Notes: generated by a model not told the origin, from the letters alone. 64,000 nucleotides of DNA from Candidatus Levybacteria bacterium RIFCSPHIGHO2_01_FULL_36_15b (GCA_001782045.1 MFNK01000003.1:101905-165904); one strand, 5' to 3'; counted from the first letter of the stretch, positions 45,840-55,925 are shown. Numbers and translations: made by a program.

Positions 45840-46868
45840 ATGAATATAGAAATTGATAAACTTTATGGACCAGAATTCCTTATGAGTAATGAGGAAAGAC
45901 CCATTGGGGAACAAATTGGGAATCTCATTTCTGCTATAGGTAATCATGAAGCCAAGGCATTAACATTACTTGCTATGAAAGATGGCGCTATTTACAACAA
46001 GCATGAATTGTCGGCGCGTATAAGAGAGCTACAAGGACGTAATCCCATCTGGCGTCAGAGCTATTCCCTTCCGTTTGATTATTGTGCGCATTCTCTTTCT
46101 CCGATAGGTTTAGTGACAAGAGAAATATTAAGTCCCAATTTATCTGCTTATGGATATCAGATATCTGAATATGGTAGACGAGTTGGAATTCCGTTTGCTG
46201 GTCTTCTACTTGATTTTTCTGATCAGAATAATATTTCGTTGGAAAGACTTTTTGCTTCAACTGCTTCAAGTTCTAAAAAGGAAAATAAAGAAGATAAAAG
46301 AAGAGCTCCATCTACTACATTATCGATTATGCGGAAGATTCATATTTTAGAAAAAAATTCAATTTCCCTTATAGAGTTATTGGATATGTTCAAGGATGTT
46401 AAGTCCCATATAATAGTTAGGCATATAAAAAGACTGGCAGAAATAGGACTACTTAATTTAGAAGCGGGAAACTTAACCGCATCAGATGATCAAAGAATTA
46501 TATTTACTGATCTTTTGGAAAGAATAGATAGGTTTAAGATTGGAGACAGGGAGGTAATAGAGAAGGCGCAAGTTTTAGCCGATGGTATTGTTTATGACTC
46601 TAAAAAGTTTTCTTCTTTAATGGGAAGAGCAAAAGAAAATTCTGGACATGCTTCTAGTTCATCTCTGGTCGAAACGAAAAAAATGATTTTCTCTATCTTA
46701 TTTGGAATGAGTGGAATGAGCAACATTCAAATAAGACAAGAACTGGAAAAACAATACGATAAAAAACTAAAACTTCATACAGTTGAAAAAATAACTAGCG
46801 CTATGGTAAAGGAAAATATGGCGAAAGTTATAAAGGAAGGAAGGCATTTGAAATATTTTTTGGACTAG
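45840..46868 (+). CDS. hypothetical protein, possibly with winged-helix domains
   Basis: start moved to ATG 45840 after TTGACT-17-TAAACT; HTH-like segments (IVRHIKRLAEIGLL). Confidence 0.6.
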   Translation: MNIEIDKLYGPEFLMSNEERPIGEQIGNLISAIGNHEAKALTLLAMKDGAIYNKHELSARIRELQGRNPIWRQSYSLPFDYCAHSLSPIGLVTREILSPNLSAYGYQISEYGRRVGIPFAGLLLDFSDQNNISLERLFASTASSSKKENKEDKRRAPSTTLSIMRKIHILEKNSISLIELLDMFKDVKSHIIVRHIKRLAEIGLLNLEAGNLTASDDQRIIFTDLLERIDRFKIGDREVIEKAQVLADGIVYDSKKFSSLMGRAKENSGHASSSSLVETKKMIFSILFGMSGMSNIQIRQELEKQYDKKLKLHTVEKITSAMVKENMAKVIKEGRHLKYFLD

Positions 46869-46913
46869 TTTGCAATCCTCTCAAATCGAATCTGACATAG
46901 ATTGTCGTATTTT

Positions 46914-46948
46914 GTTCTCTTGATTTTCGTATAAAGTTCTATTATTCT
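46914..46948 (+). promoter_or_regulatory. dinB promoter overlapped by a GTTC-N7-TTTC-N7-GTTC repeat
   Basis: TTGATT 46920-46925, 17-bp spacer, TATTCT 46943-46948; repeat units at 46914, 46925 and 46936. Confidence 0.4.
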
Positions 46949-47046
46949 AACCTTATGCTGTCCTTCGATTTCGCTCAGGATTATAAACCCACTTTATCAT
47001 TTCAAGAAAATCCTCAGAATTTATATTTTTTGGTTACTTTTATAAT

Positions 47047-48309
47047 ATGGATCGTTTAATACTTCATATCGATTTTGATTCTTACTTTGCATCCTGTGAA
47101 CAACAATTCAACCCTAGCCTGCGGGGAAAGCCTATTGGAGTTACAGCTACAAATGGAAGAACTTGCATAATCGCAGCATCAAGGGAGGCTAAAAAACTGG
47201 GTATTAAATCCCCTAGCGTTACATGGGAAGCGCTAAATTTGGTCCCTGATATGATTTTTGTGCCGGCAAGCTTTACAAAGTATTGGGAAATAACTCAAAA
47301 GTTTTTAAATATTTGCAAAGACTATTCTCCATATGTAGAGCTTTTCTCGCTGGACGAAGTTTTTATGGACATCACAAATACACAATATTTATTTGGTGGT
47401 AAAGAGCAAATTATAAAAACAATTAAGGAAAGAATAAGGAATGAAATAGGAGAATACATAACCGTATCTGTTGGTATTTCCTACAACAAGCTTTTAGCAA
47501 AGCTTGGATCGGGCATAAACAAACCCAACGGAGTTTTTGAAATTACAAGACAAAATCTTGATGAAGTTTATCAAAACATAAAACTAACGGATATCTGTGG
47601 AATAGGAGAAAGGATTGCAATTAGGCTTAAAAAGTTGGGTGTTTATAATTTTCTAGACTTAAGAGAAATTCCTCAGTTAAAATTAAAAAAAGAATTTGGG
47701 AATGTTGAATCTTTATTTCTTCATGATTTAGCTTTTGGCATTGATGCATCTAGTGTTATCCCCTACTATTTCGAGGATAAAGTTAAATCCGTCGGAAGAA
47801 ACTATTGCCTTCCACATAATGAGTATGACAAAAGAATTATTTTTCAAAATGTTTATGAACTTTGTGAAGAAGTAACTCTTAAGCTAAGAAAGCTTAGTAA
47901 AAAAGCAAAGACGGCTTTTATCTATCTTGGAGGCACTAAAAGCGTACACGGTAGGAAAACAGTTACGGATTATTTTGAAAGCGGAAAAGACTTATTTAAT
48001 ATTTGTAATCTTATTCTTAAGGATCATGATTTTATTCTAGAGCCAGATGACTACATAAGAAGAATAAGCGTAGGGGTATCAGGCTTAATAGATTTATCAA
48101 ATATTCCCCTTTCTTTATTTGAAGCGGAAGCCAAAGGACAAAATTTGTTAAAAACTATCGATAACCTTAACTACAAATTTGGGGATCATACTATAAGAAA
48201 TGGTTTTTTGCTTTACGCGGATAAACTTACAACGGTCCCAAATGGTTATATGGCAGATAAATTTGAAAGAACAAAGCTTGCTAGAGCTACGCAATTTGAT
48301 TTTAGTTAG
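47047..48309 (+). CDS. dinB: DNA polymerase IV (Y family)
   Basis: LHIDFDSYFASCEQ, SLDEVFMD, SVGISYNKLLAKL..KPNG. Confidence 0.93.
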   Translation: MDRLILHIDFDSYFASCEQQFNPSLRGKPIGVTATNGRTCIIAASREAKKLGIKSPSVTWEALNLVPDMIFVPASFTKYWEITQKFLNICKDYSPYVELFSLDEVFMDITNTQYLFGGKEQIIKTIKERIRNEIGEYITVSVGISYNKLLAKLGSGINKPNGVFEITRQNLDEVYQNIKLTDICGIGERIAIRLKKLGVYNFLDLREIPQLKLKKEFGNVESLFLHDLAFGIDASSVIPYYFEDKVKSVGRNYCLPHNEYDKRIIFQNVYELCEEVTLKLRKLSKKAKTAFIYLGGTKSVHGRKTVTDYFESGKDLFNICNLILKDHDFILEPDDYIRRISVGVSGLIDLSNIPLSLFEAEAKGQNLLKTIDNLNYKFGDHTIRNGFLLYADKLTTVPNGYMADKFERTKLARATQFDFS

Positions 48310-50668
48310 CTCTTTTAAAGGCAAAAAAATTCTTCTTTTGAAAAACTAAATTAAAATTATCATTTACAATTAGTTCATTAATTGTCTTTTTTTGTTCTTC
48401 AAGCGGCTGTGCAGCCCAGCCGTGGTCTACTAAAAATATTATATAATCTGCCTCTTTCATTCCTATTGGAAGAGTATAGATGTGTTCACGTTCAGACAAA
48501 TGCGAACCGGCATTGTTCGTAGCGGCCACAGAATATTTTTGAGGTATAGAGTTTAAAAAATTATCAATTTCTTTTCTATTTTCAAGCTGTTTTGTAAACA
48601 TATCTATATTTGGCTTAGTTGACCCGGGCAAAGGCCCAGTTAAGTATTGAGCAAGAATTGTAAAAAATAATATATAAAGTGATAAATACTTTGCGTTAAT
48701 CTTATTAATTTTTTTAATTAAAAATAAAGATGAATAAATTGCGGAAATAAAAATAAAAGGTGTAATTACCGAAGTATATTGATAATAGATTTGGTGCAAT
48801 GCAGCGTTGCTACTTAATAGGGATATAAACAAATCAGGAAGCGCAAATATAAGAGTAAATGGAGCAACTATAGATAAAAAACCAAGTGGTAAAAATAGTT
48901 GCATTAAGAACTCTAGTCTGTTTCCTTCCAGAATTCTTGCAAATAATTTAACGGGATTTAAAAGAACGTTTTTAATTACTTCTAAAGTTGAAGTTCCAAA
49001 ATCCGAATAATATTCCAAAGCAAAATGCTGCTGCCCTCTAAATAAAGGAATAATTTTATCGATAAGAATATAGGCAATTGGAATACCAATTATTAGTAAA
49101 ATAAAGCCATAAATTTTTTCTAAAATATTATTTTTTGTTTTTTTATAGAAACTTCTTATTAAAATAAATAAACCAAAAATTGAAACTAAAGTCCAGACTT
49201 CCTCTTTTGTAAATGCAGAAAGTATTAAAAAAAATGTTAACAAAATATAATTTCTTTTTAGAAAATAGTAATAACTGGCAAGTAAAAAAGTTGTCGCAAG
49301 AGCAACAGGATGAAAGTCATACAAATTTACAAAACCAACTGCAGGGTTTAGTAGATAAGATGCAGAAAATATTAATGAAATTGCTTTATTTTTTAGCAAA
49401 ACATTAGATATTGCATAAACATATAAGGCTCCAAGGCTTAAAATTATTGTATGAAATAGTAATAGCATTTTCGGATTTTCCCAAATTAAATAAAGTGGAG
49501 CTATTAATATAAGAATAAAATCGGAATGGAATGCAAGCCTATAAATTGTTTTAATTCCATCTGGATTGGTTAGCTGAAAAATTCTTCCATTAATCGTATT
49601 CCATACTGTTTGATCCATATTTCCAAGATCAAAACGTCCGGTATAAAAGTTATCGTACCTAAAAAAGCTTGCTGTAGTGTAATAAATTACGTACAAACCT
49701 ATTAAGAAAATTAAAGTTATTAAATACTTGTTCTTAAAAACAAATTTTTCAATATTATTTATTAAATCCCCTTTTATTTTGTTTAATAAAATTATTAACA
49801 CTAAAGAAATAAGCTCTGAAATTATAAGTATAACTCTTGTGAATATCGCGCCGATTGCAGCCGCAGAGGTACCTATAAAGGTTGCCAGAGTATATGTCAT
49901 TGTTCCTTCTCTCACTCCTATTCCCATGGGGGTAATAAAGCTTACATAACCAACAAAAAATGAAAAAGAAAATAGGCCAACGTAGCTTAAAAGATTTCTT
50001 GGATCCAGATAAAATATGGAAAAAATAGAAAAATAAGTTCCAAGACCGAAAATAAAAAAGGTTAATATTGCCCAAAGCAGTATTATTAAATTATTCCAAA
50101 CAGAATAATTAGGTATAAATAAATAAAAGGTAGATTTTAAAATACCGTTTGGCACAAGCTTTGCAAGTGTTTTATGAAATATAAAAATAAAGGAAGCAGT
50201 AGCTACGAAAACAAAAACACCATACTTAAGATAGTAATTATTCTCAAAATAAAATAGAAAAATCAGTGAAAGTATTAAAGATGAAAGAGATAGCACTATT
50301 GCCTCTTTTATAATGAATGAGACTATTTCTTTTTTTGGTAAATTATCTTTTTCAAAAACTGCAGTGCGAGCCATAAACGCCCAAATATTTCCCGGAACAT
50401 ATCTTTTTAATTCCGAAGTTGAAAGATGAAGCGCGTTTTCTTTAAATGAAAATTGATTTCCCCTCTCTCCCAAGATAAGTTTCCATAAATATGATCTTAA
50501 GAAGAAGAAAAAAATAAAAAAAAGTAAGCTTATTAGTAAAAAAACTAAGTTAATTTCAGATATTGCATTAATTGCTTTGGTAGCGCTTGTATAAATAATT
50601 CTAAATACAAAAAGCAACGCGAGGACGGAAAGTGGCCATCCAATTAAAAACTTCAATTTACTTAGCAT
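48302..50668 (-). CDS. flippase-like (LPG synthase TM) domain fused to a DUF2079-like GT-C domain
   Basis: N-half KRYVPGNIW and TPMGIGVREG; C-half FDLGNMDQ, YDFHP, KEE, YQYTS. Confidence 0.7.
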   Translation of the reverse strand: MLSKLKFLIGWPLSVLALLFVFRIIYTSATKAINAISEINLVFLLISLLFFIFFFFLRSYLWKLILGERGNQFSFKENALHLSTSELKRYVPGNIWAFMARTAVFEKDNLPKKEIVSFIIKEAIVLSLSSLILSLIFLFYFENNYYLKYGVFVFVATASFIFIFHKTLAKLVPNGILKSTFYLFIPNYSVWNNLIILLWAILTFFIFGLGTYFSIFSIFYLDPRNLLSYVGLFSFSFFVGYVSFITPMGIGVREGTMTYTLATFIGTSAAAIGAIFTRVILIISELISLVLIILLNKIKGDLINNIEKFVFKNKYLITLIFLIGLYVIYYTTASFFRYDNFYTGRFDLGNMDQTVWNTINGRIFQLTNPDGIKTIYRLAFHSDFILILIAPLYLIWENPKMLLLFHTIILSLGALYVYAISNVLLKNKAISLIFSASYLLNPAVGFVNLYDFHPVALATTFLLASYYYFLKRNYILLTFFLILSAFTKEEVWTLVSIFGLFILIRSFYKKTKNNILEKIYGFILLIIGIPIAYILIDKIIPLFRGQQHFALEYYSDFGTSTLEVIKNVLLNPVKLFARILEGNRLEFLMQLFLPLGFLSIVAPFTLIFALPDLFISLLSSNAALHQIYYQYTSVITPFIFISAIYSSLFLIKKINKINAKYLSLYILFFTILAQYLTGPLPGSTKPNIDMFTKQLENRKEIDNFLNSIPQKYSVAATNNAGSHLSEREHIYTLPIGMKEADYIIFLVDHGWAAQPLEEQKKTINELIVNDNFNLVFQKKNFFAFKRAN

Positions 50669-50669
50669 G

Positions 50670-50742
50670 TGAGCCGCCGGCGAGTCGAACGCCGAACCGT
50701 CTCCTTAAGAGGGAGATGCTCTGCCAGTTGAGCTAGCGGCCC
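50670..50742 (-). tRNA. tRNA-Lys(CTT)
   Basis: TCTCC-CTCTTAA-GGAGA. Confidence 0.93.
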
Positions 50743-50745
50743 GTG

Positions 50746-50818
50746 CGCGCCTGAAGGGAGTCGAACCCCCAACCCCTTCGTCCGAAGCGAAGTGCTCTAT
50801 CCATTGAGCTACAGGCGC
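50746..50818 (-). tRNA. tRNA-Arg(TCG)
   Basis: CTTCG-CTTCGGA-CGAAG. Confidence 0.93.
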
Positions 50819-50875
50819 ATGTAGACAATTATACTAGAGTTTGAAATTTAGCTCAAGAAAGGTTTCGTGAGAGAT

Positions 50876-51517
50876 TTATAAAAACCTCTGGAGATTAAAC
50901 GAAGTTCTGTGAATTTGAGTTAAGCCATGATTTCTTAAAGTCTCTATATGATAGACAGTTCCATACCCTTTGTTACTCGAAAACTTAAATTCTGGAAATT
51001 CAAAAGAGACTCTTTCCATTAAATTATCTCTATAAACTTTTGCAAGAATTGATGCTGATGCTATTGATAAACTCTTTTGGTCCCCTTTTACTATTCCCTG
51101 CTGTCTGCTTAGTCCTCCAGGTAAATATTTCCGATGAAACCCGTCTATTAAAATAAAGTAATTTGAACTTTTGATATTTTTTGATATTTTTTTCAAAACC
51201 TTTCTAAACACAGCCGAGTTTGCTTTACCTATTCCATATTTATTTATGTAAGCAATATCAATTTCTTCAACTGCCCAAAACAACGCATTATCTTTAATAA
51301 CTTCAGCACACTCTTCTCGAGCACTATAATTTAAAAGCTTAGAATCGTTAATTCTATTTAATAAGCTAGCATTAATTTTATTTGAAAAAATAACTCCAGC
51401 AGCAACAATAGGACCCGCAAAGGCGCCACGCCCTACTTCATCTATTCCAATTACATAATCTATGCCCTTAGACCAATGTATTTTTTCTTCCTTAAAGGAG
51501 GGTTTCTTGATTCTCAT
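50876..51517 (-). CDS. rnhB: ribonuclease HII
   Basis: GIDEVGRGAFAGP, DSK, VKGD..SIASASILAKV, NKGYGT; start moved to ATG 51517. Confidence 0.95.
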   Translation of the reverse strand: MRIKKPSFKEEKIHWSKGIDYVIGIDEVGRGAFAGPIVAAGVIFSNKINASLLNRINDSKLLNYSAREECAEVIKDNALFWAVEEIDIAYINKYGIGKANSAVFRKVLKKISKNIKSSNYFILIDGFHRKYLPGGLSRQQGIVKGDQKSLSIASASILAKVYRDNLMERVSFEFPEFKFSSNKGYGTVYHIETLRNHGLTQIHRTSFNLQRFL

Positions 51518-52574
51518 CTTCAGTAGTTGGTAGTAATGGAGTTTCGATTGTTTCGATTTCAGGTAAATTAGGAACAATATTTTTTAGATCAAGATAAAAA
51601 TCGTATGTATTATTGTCTAGCTTATCTAAAAGTCCCCTTTCTCTTCTCCATCTCAATTTTGCGCTTCTTTCCTCAGCATCCAGGTATGTTTTAAGAGCCA
51701 TAACTGATTCAAAATGAGTTCTCATTTTGTGTTTAAAATCGTCGCTTAACATATATTCCCTTAGCTTTGCCCACTCCTCGTCGCTATGAGAAATAGAGGA
51801 TTTAGATTTGCTTATTGCAGTAATTAAGTAACGAACGTATCTACATATATTTATTGCCAATTCATAGTTTGTAATCCACACGCCGTCTTTCCGATCAAAC
51901 GTTGCAATATCGTCCGGAAGAACCTGGGAAACCAGAATTGTTTCGCTTGCGGATAGTTTTGAAGCATCGTCTTTAAGCTTTGTAAGCCAGCCCTTGCTCC
52001 AAGCTTTTGTTCTCTTTGTTTCCCATAGGATTGAACCCACCGGCTTGCCGTTAAGGTTTACCTTTTGCCAAATATCTGCTCCCTCAACGCCTTTGGGTAC
52101 GGGCAAAAATTCATCTTGCGGAAAAGTTTTTTTGAGTCTTTCTTCTAATTCAAGTTCCAATACTTCCCCTTGTAGTTGCTGCGAACTTTGCTTAGCTTTT
52201 CTTTGAGCATCATCTAATGCCTGTTGAGTATCTTTTAATTTTTTTTCAAGTTCCAGTTTTTCAAGTCGGGATTCCCTAGCAGCTTCTTCGATTGCTTTGG
52301 CTTTAATTTTTTCTTCTCTTTCTGCAGATTCTTTTTCCGTATTCTCTATTTTTTTCTCCAGTTCTAGAAGTTGTTTCTCTTTTGTTTTACTTTCCTCCTC
52401 AAATTCCTTTCTTAATTCTTTTTCTCTTTTGGCTTGTTGTTCTACTTGCGATTTTTCAAATTCTATTTTTGCTTTTTCTCTTTCGTCTTCTCGTACTTTT
52501 GTGGATAATTGATGAATTATTGCTTCGCTAAGCTCTACTTTTTTACCGCAGTGGGGACAAACTATGTCTTTCAT
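51492..52574 (-). CDS. DUF2130 domain coiled-coil protein
   Basis: CPHC, SQQLQGEVLE, GADIWQ, ILWETKRTKAWS. Confidence 0.85.
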   Translation of the reverse strand: MKDIVCPHCGKKVELSEAIIHQLSTKVREDEREKAKIEFEKSQVEQQAKREKELRKEFEEESKTKEKQLLELEKKIENTEKESAEREEKIKAKAIEEAARESRLEKLELEKKLKDTQQALDDAQRKAKQSSQQLQGEVLELELEERLKKTFPQDEFLPVPKGVEGADIWQKVNLNGKPVGSILWETKRTKAWSKGWLTKLKDDASKLSASETILVSQVLPDDIATFDRKDGVWITNYELAINICRYVRYLITAISKSKSSISHSDEEWAKLREYMLSDDFKHKMRTHFESVMALKTYLDAEERSAKLRWRRERGLLDKLDNNTYDFYLDLKNIVPNLPEIETIETPLLPTTEDENQETLL

Positions 52575-52651
52575 TTCAATCTATAATACTTGTTAAGTAT
52601 TTATTTTTCAACTTAATTGACGGTTTAATTATTTCTTGCTAGCATGAATTA

Positions 52652-53053
52652 GTGAAGCCTTTTGTTAGAAATAGTCTCTTTAACGCCTTCTCCATTTTCT
52701 TTTTATCCCAAGTGCTTCCTGGAGTTCATATTAGCGGAGGTATTGCAACTTATCTTTTTGGAGGATTTGCCTTAACAGTTTTGTTTATCTTGCTTAAACC
52801 TCTTTTAAATATTTTGTCAATGCCACTTAATTTGGTAACTCTTGGATTTTTTTCATTTCTTACAAACGTAATAATTTTTTATATTTTAACAGTGTTGGTT
52901 ATAGGTATATCAATAACTTCTTTTACGTTTCCCGGGATATCATATGTTGGTTTTGTTATTCCACCCATTTATTTTAATACCTTATTTGCTTTTGTTTTAG
53001 TTTCTTTTCTTCAATCAATTTGTGTTTCCTTCCTTAATTGGCTTATAGATTAG
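52652..53053 (+). CDS. four-TM YvlD/DUF360 (holin-like) membrane protein
   Basis: KPLLNILSMPLNLVTLGFFSFLTN. Confidence 0.8.
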   Translation: MKPFVRNSLFNAFSIFFLSQVLPGVHISGGIATYLFGGFALTVLFILLKPLLNILSMPLNLVTLGFFSFLTNVIIFYILTVLVIGISITSFTFPGISYVGFVIPPIYFNTLFAFVLVSFLQSICVSFLNWLID

Positions 53054-53088
53054 TTGAAATAAGCCAGGGTAAAATATATAATAACTTC

Positions 53089-53301
53089 ATGCTTTTTTTA
53101 GAGATTTTGGAGGTAATAGTTGCCTCTTTGCTTATAGTTTTGATACTTCTTCAAATGCAAGGTAGTGGATTATCAGGAGCGTTTGGAGGTGTGGGCGAAT
53201 TTTACAGAAGTAAAAGAAGTATGGAAAAATTTTTAATTGCGGCAACGGTTATTACAACAATTGCATTCGCAATTATTTCTCTGCTTCTTCTTATCCCCTA
53301 A
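53089..53301 (+). CDS. secG: preprotein translocase subunit SecG
   Basis: ILLQMQGSGLSGAFGG..EKFL, two TM helices; start moved to ATG 53089. Confidence 0.92.
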   Translation: MLFLEILEVIVASLLIVLILLQMQGSGLSGAFGGVGEFYRSKRSMEKFLIAATVITTIAFAIISLLLLIP

Positions 53302-53305
53302 ATTT

Positions 53306-54667
53306 ATGATTTTTCTTAAAAGAAGAAGATTAATTTTCTGGTTACTGCGGGCTTACATAAAAAGATGGCGTCGTACGATTGCTGCTTCTTTTATTTTAGG
53401 TATTTTGGGCTTTTTTATTCTAAGATACGGAATAAATTATTTTATTCCACTCCTGCCCTTTACTAATGAAGAAAAAATTGGCGTTGAAGGAGCATTTAGT
53501 GTAGATGAGCTTCCTACATTTATTACATCTAAAGTATCTATGGGACTTACAACGCTTGACTCAAATTATAACGTAAAACCTGGGGTAGCAAAAAACTGGG
53601 AAATAAAAGATGACGGAAAAACTTATATTTTTTACCTAAAAGATAACATAGAATTTAGTGATAAAACGCTATTAACTTCAAAATTTATTAATTATAAGTT
53701 TATTGATGCTGCTACACAGACCCCAAATAAAAATGTTGTGGTTTTTAGATTAAAAAATAGGTATTCTCCCTTTTTGGTAACGGTATCCCGCCCTATTTTT
53801 AAAAGCGGTTTTGTAGGAGTTGGAGATTACAAAGTGCAATCCATCGATTTAAATGGAAACTTTGTTGAATCAATAAGCCTGCGTTCTTTAAAACAGGAAA
53901 GAAACATTATTACCTACTACTTCTATCCAACGCAAGAATCACTTAAGAGTGCATTTGCCTTAGGTGAAATAACAAAAGCAGTCGGCTTAAGCGATACTAA
54001 TTTTCAAAATACGAATTTAATCTTATTTAAAAAAACAAAAGTTGAAAAAAATCTTAATGATAATTCTTTAGTTACGCTTTTTTTTAACGCAAGAGACAAG
54101 AATCTATCAGATAAAAGACTGCGAGAAGCTCTTTCATATGCAACACCCGATAAATTTGAGCAGGGAGTCAGAAATTATGGGCCCTTTTCTCCAAACCTTT
54201 GGATAAGCGATTCAGGTCTTGCCAGATATTCACAGGATTTTGATCATTCAAGGCTTTTATTAAATGATTCAGAGTCATTTAAAAGTAATAAAACATTAAA
54301 ATTTGAACTTAAAACTTTTCCAAAATATCTAGATATTGCTAAAAAACTACAAATTGAGTGGAAAAAAATTGGAATAAATATTGATATTAAAATCGTAGAT
54401 ATTCTTCCGTCAGACTTTCAAATGTTTCTTGGTGATTTTAGAGTACCAAAAGATCCCGACCAGTATATACTATGGCATTCGGAACAGCCTAATAATATTT
54501 CTGGCTATAAAAATTTACGCATTGATAAATTACTTGAAGACGGAAGGCAAATAGTAAATACAAGTGAAAGAAGAAAAATATATACAGATTTTCAAAAGTA
54601 CCTGCTTGATGATCCTCCTGCAATTTTTCTTATTTTTCCCTATCAGTATACAATTAGTCGTATATAA
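53306..54667 (+). CDS. ABC transporter substrate-binding protein (family 5)
   Basis: GL..PGVAKNWEIKDDGKTYIFYLKD, DPDQYILWHS, IDKLLEDGR; start moved to ATG 53306. Confidence 0.85.
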   Translation: MIFLKRRRLIFWLLRAYIKRWRRTIAASFILGILGFFILRYGINYFIPLLPFTNEEKIGVEGAFSVDELPTFITSKVSMGLTTLDSNYNVKPGVAKNWEIKDDGKTYIFYLKDNIEFSDKTLLTSKFINYKFIDAATQTPNKNVVVFRLKNRYSPFLVTVSRPIFKSGFVGVGDYKVQSIDLNGNFVESISLRSLKQERNIITYYFYPTQESLKSAFALGEITKAVGLSDTNFQNTNLILFKKTKVEKNLNDNSLVTLFFNARDKNLSDKRLREALSYATPDKFEQGVRNYGPFSPNLWISDSGLARYSQDFDHSRLLLNDSESFKSNKTLKFELKTFPKYLDIAKKLQIEWKKIGINIDIKIVDILPSDFQMFLGDFRVPKDPDQYILWHSEQPNNISGYKNLRIDKLLEDGRQIVNTSERRKIYTDFQKYLLDDPPAIFLIFPYQYTISRI

Positions 54668-55925
54668 GTTTTTCTCTTAATTTCCTATGATACGTAATTG
54701 CAAATCTATGAGCTTCGTCTCTAATGCGCATTATTAGCTTAAGTGAGCTTGAGCTTTTAGGAAGTTTTATTTCTTTAAGATTTTGATTAATAATAATTTC
54801 TTCTTTTTTTGCAAGACCCATAATTGGAATCTTTACATCAATCGCGTAAAGTAATTTTATTGCGGAGGATACTTGTCCTTTTCCTCCATCAACAATTATA
54901 AGATTTGGCATTGCCCACTCCTTATGTTTGAATCTTCGTTTTAGCGTCTCCTGAAGCATTGCGAAATCATTCGCTTTATTGTTATAAAATCCTTTTATTT
55001 TAAATCTTCTGTATGAATTACTATCTTTTTCGCCATTTTTAAAAACAACCAAAGACGCCGTTGCGCTTTTGCCAGAAATATTTGAAATATCAAAGCATTC
55101 TATTCTTTCTAGGCTACTTACTTTTACGTCATTTTTATTAAGAACGTTTTTTAATTCTGTTAGCTGATTATTAATAACATCAATTTTTAAATTAGGATTT
55201 AATTCGTATTCAAAAGGTTTATAAAAAGAACTTGTTATTAATTTAATATTCTCAATTTTCTTCTGAATCTCGTTTGCTTCTTCAAAAAACTCACTATTGC
55301 TATACTGTTCTCTTTCCTTTTCCAGATCTAATACAACTTTTTTTGTCTTTCCGTTTAAAAAATCTATTAAGTGATTAATATTATTTTTATATCCCAAATC
55401 TTTAAGTACATTAGGACATGGACAAAGCCCTAGGTGATTATATAGGCAAATATAATTGGGATGATTTTTAACGGATACATACGGAAATATCTTTCTTAGC
55501 ATTTTAAGAACTGTTCTTAAAGAGTTTATATTTGTATAAGGGCCAAAATAAATGGAGTTATTGTTTTCTTTCTTTCTTGTTAAGATCACCGAAGGATATT
55601 TCTCTTTTTTATTTATTTCGATAAAAGGATAAGTTTTTGCATCTTTTAAGCTAATGTTAAATTTCGGATGATATTTCTTAATTAGGCGTTCTTCTAGAAG
55701 AAAAGCTTCTATTTCAGATGTTACGCTTATTGTCTTTATGTCTGCAATATTTAAAACCAGTTGTCTTGTTTTTTCTCCGAGGTTTTTATCTTTAAAATAG
55801 CTAGATACTCTTTTGCGTAGGTTTATCGCCTTCCCCACGTAAATTATTGTCCCTTTTTTGTCTGAAAAGAGATATACGCCGCAGTCCTGAGTAAGTGATG
55901 GGTATTGCTGTAATAAAGATGACAA
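54654..55925 (-). CDS. uvrC: excinuclease ABC subunit C (short form)
   Basis: GIY-YIG (GVYLF..IYVGKA), RIECFDISN, VDGGKGQ, RIRDEAHRFAI. Confidence 0.93.
   Translation of the reverse strand: MSSLLQQYPSLTQDCGVYLFSDKKGTIIYVGKAINLRKRVSSYFKDKNLGEKTRQLVLNIADIKTISVTSEIEAFLLEERLIKKYHPKFNISLKDAKTYPFIEINKKEKYPSVILTRKKENNNSIYFGPYTNINSLRTVLKMLRKIFPYVSVKNHPNYICLYNHLGLCPCPNVLKDLGYKNNINHLIDFLNGKTKKVVLDLEKEREQYSNSEFFEEANEIQKKIENIKLITSSFYKPFEYELNPNLKIDVINNQLTELKNVLNKNDVKVSSLERIECFDISNISGKSATASLVVFKNGEKDSNSYRRFKIKGFYNNKANDFAMLQETLKRRFKHKEWAMPNLIIVDGGKGQVSSAIKLLYAIDVKIPIMGLAKKEEIIINQNLKEIKLPKSSSSLKLIMRIRDEAHRFAITYHRKLREKLIYD

Noticed and set aside
52652-53053. Holin-like gene as a prophage sign
   Set aside because: YvlD/DUF360 proteins are common chromosomal genes, and the neighbours are secG and rnhB.
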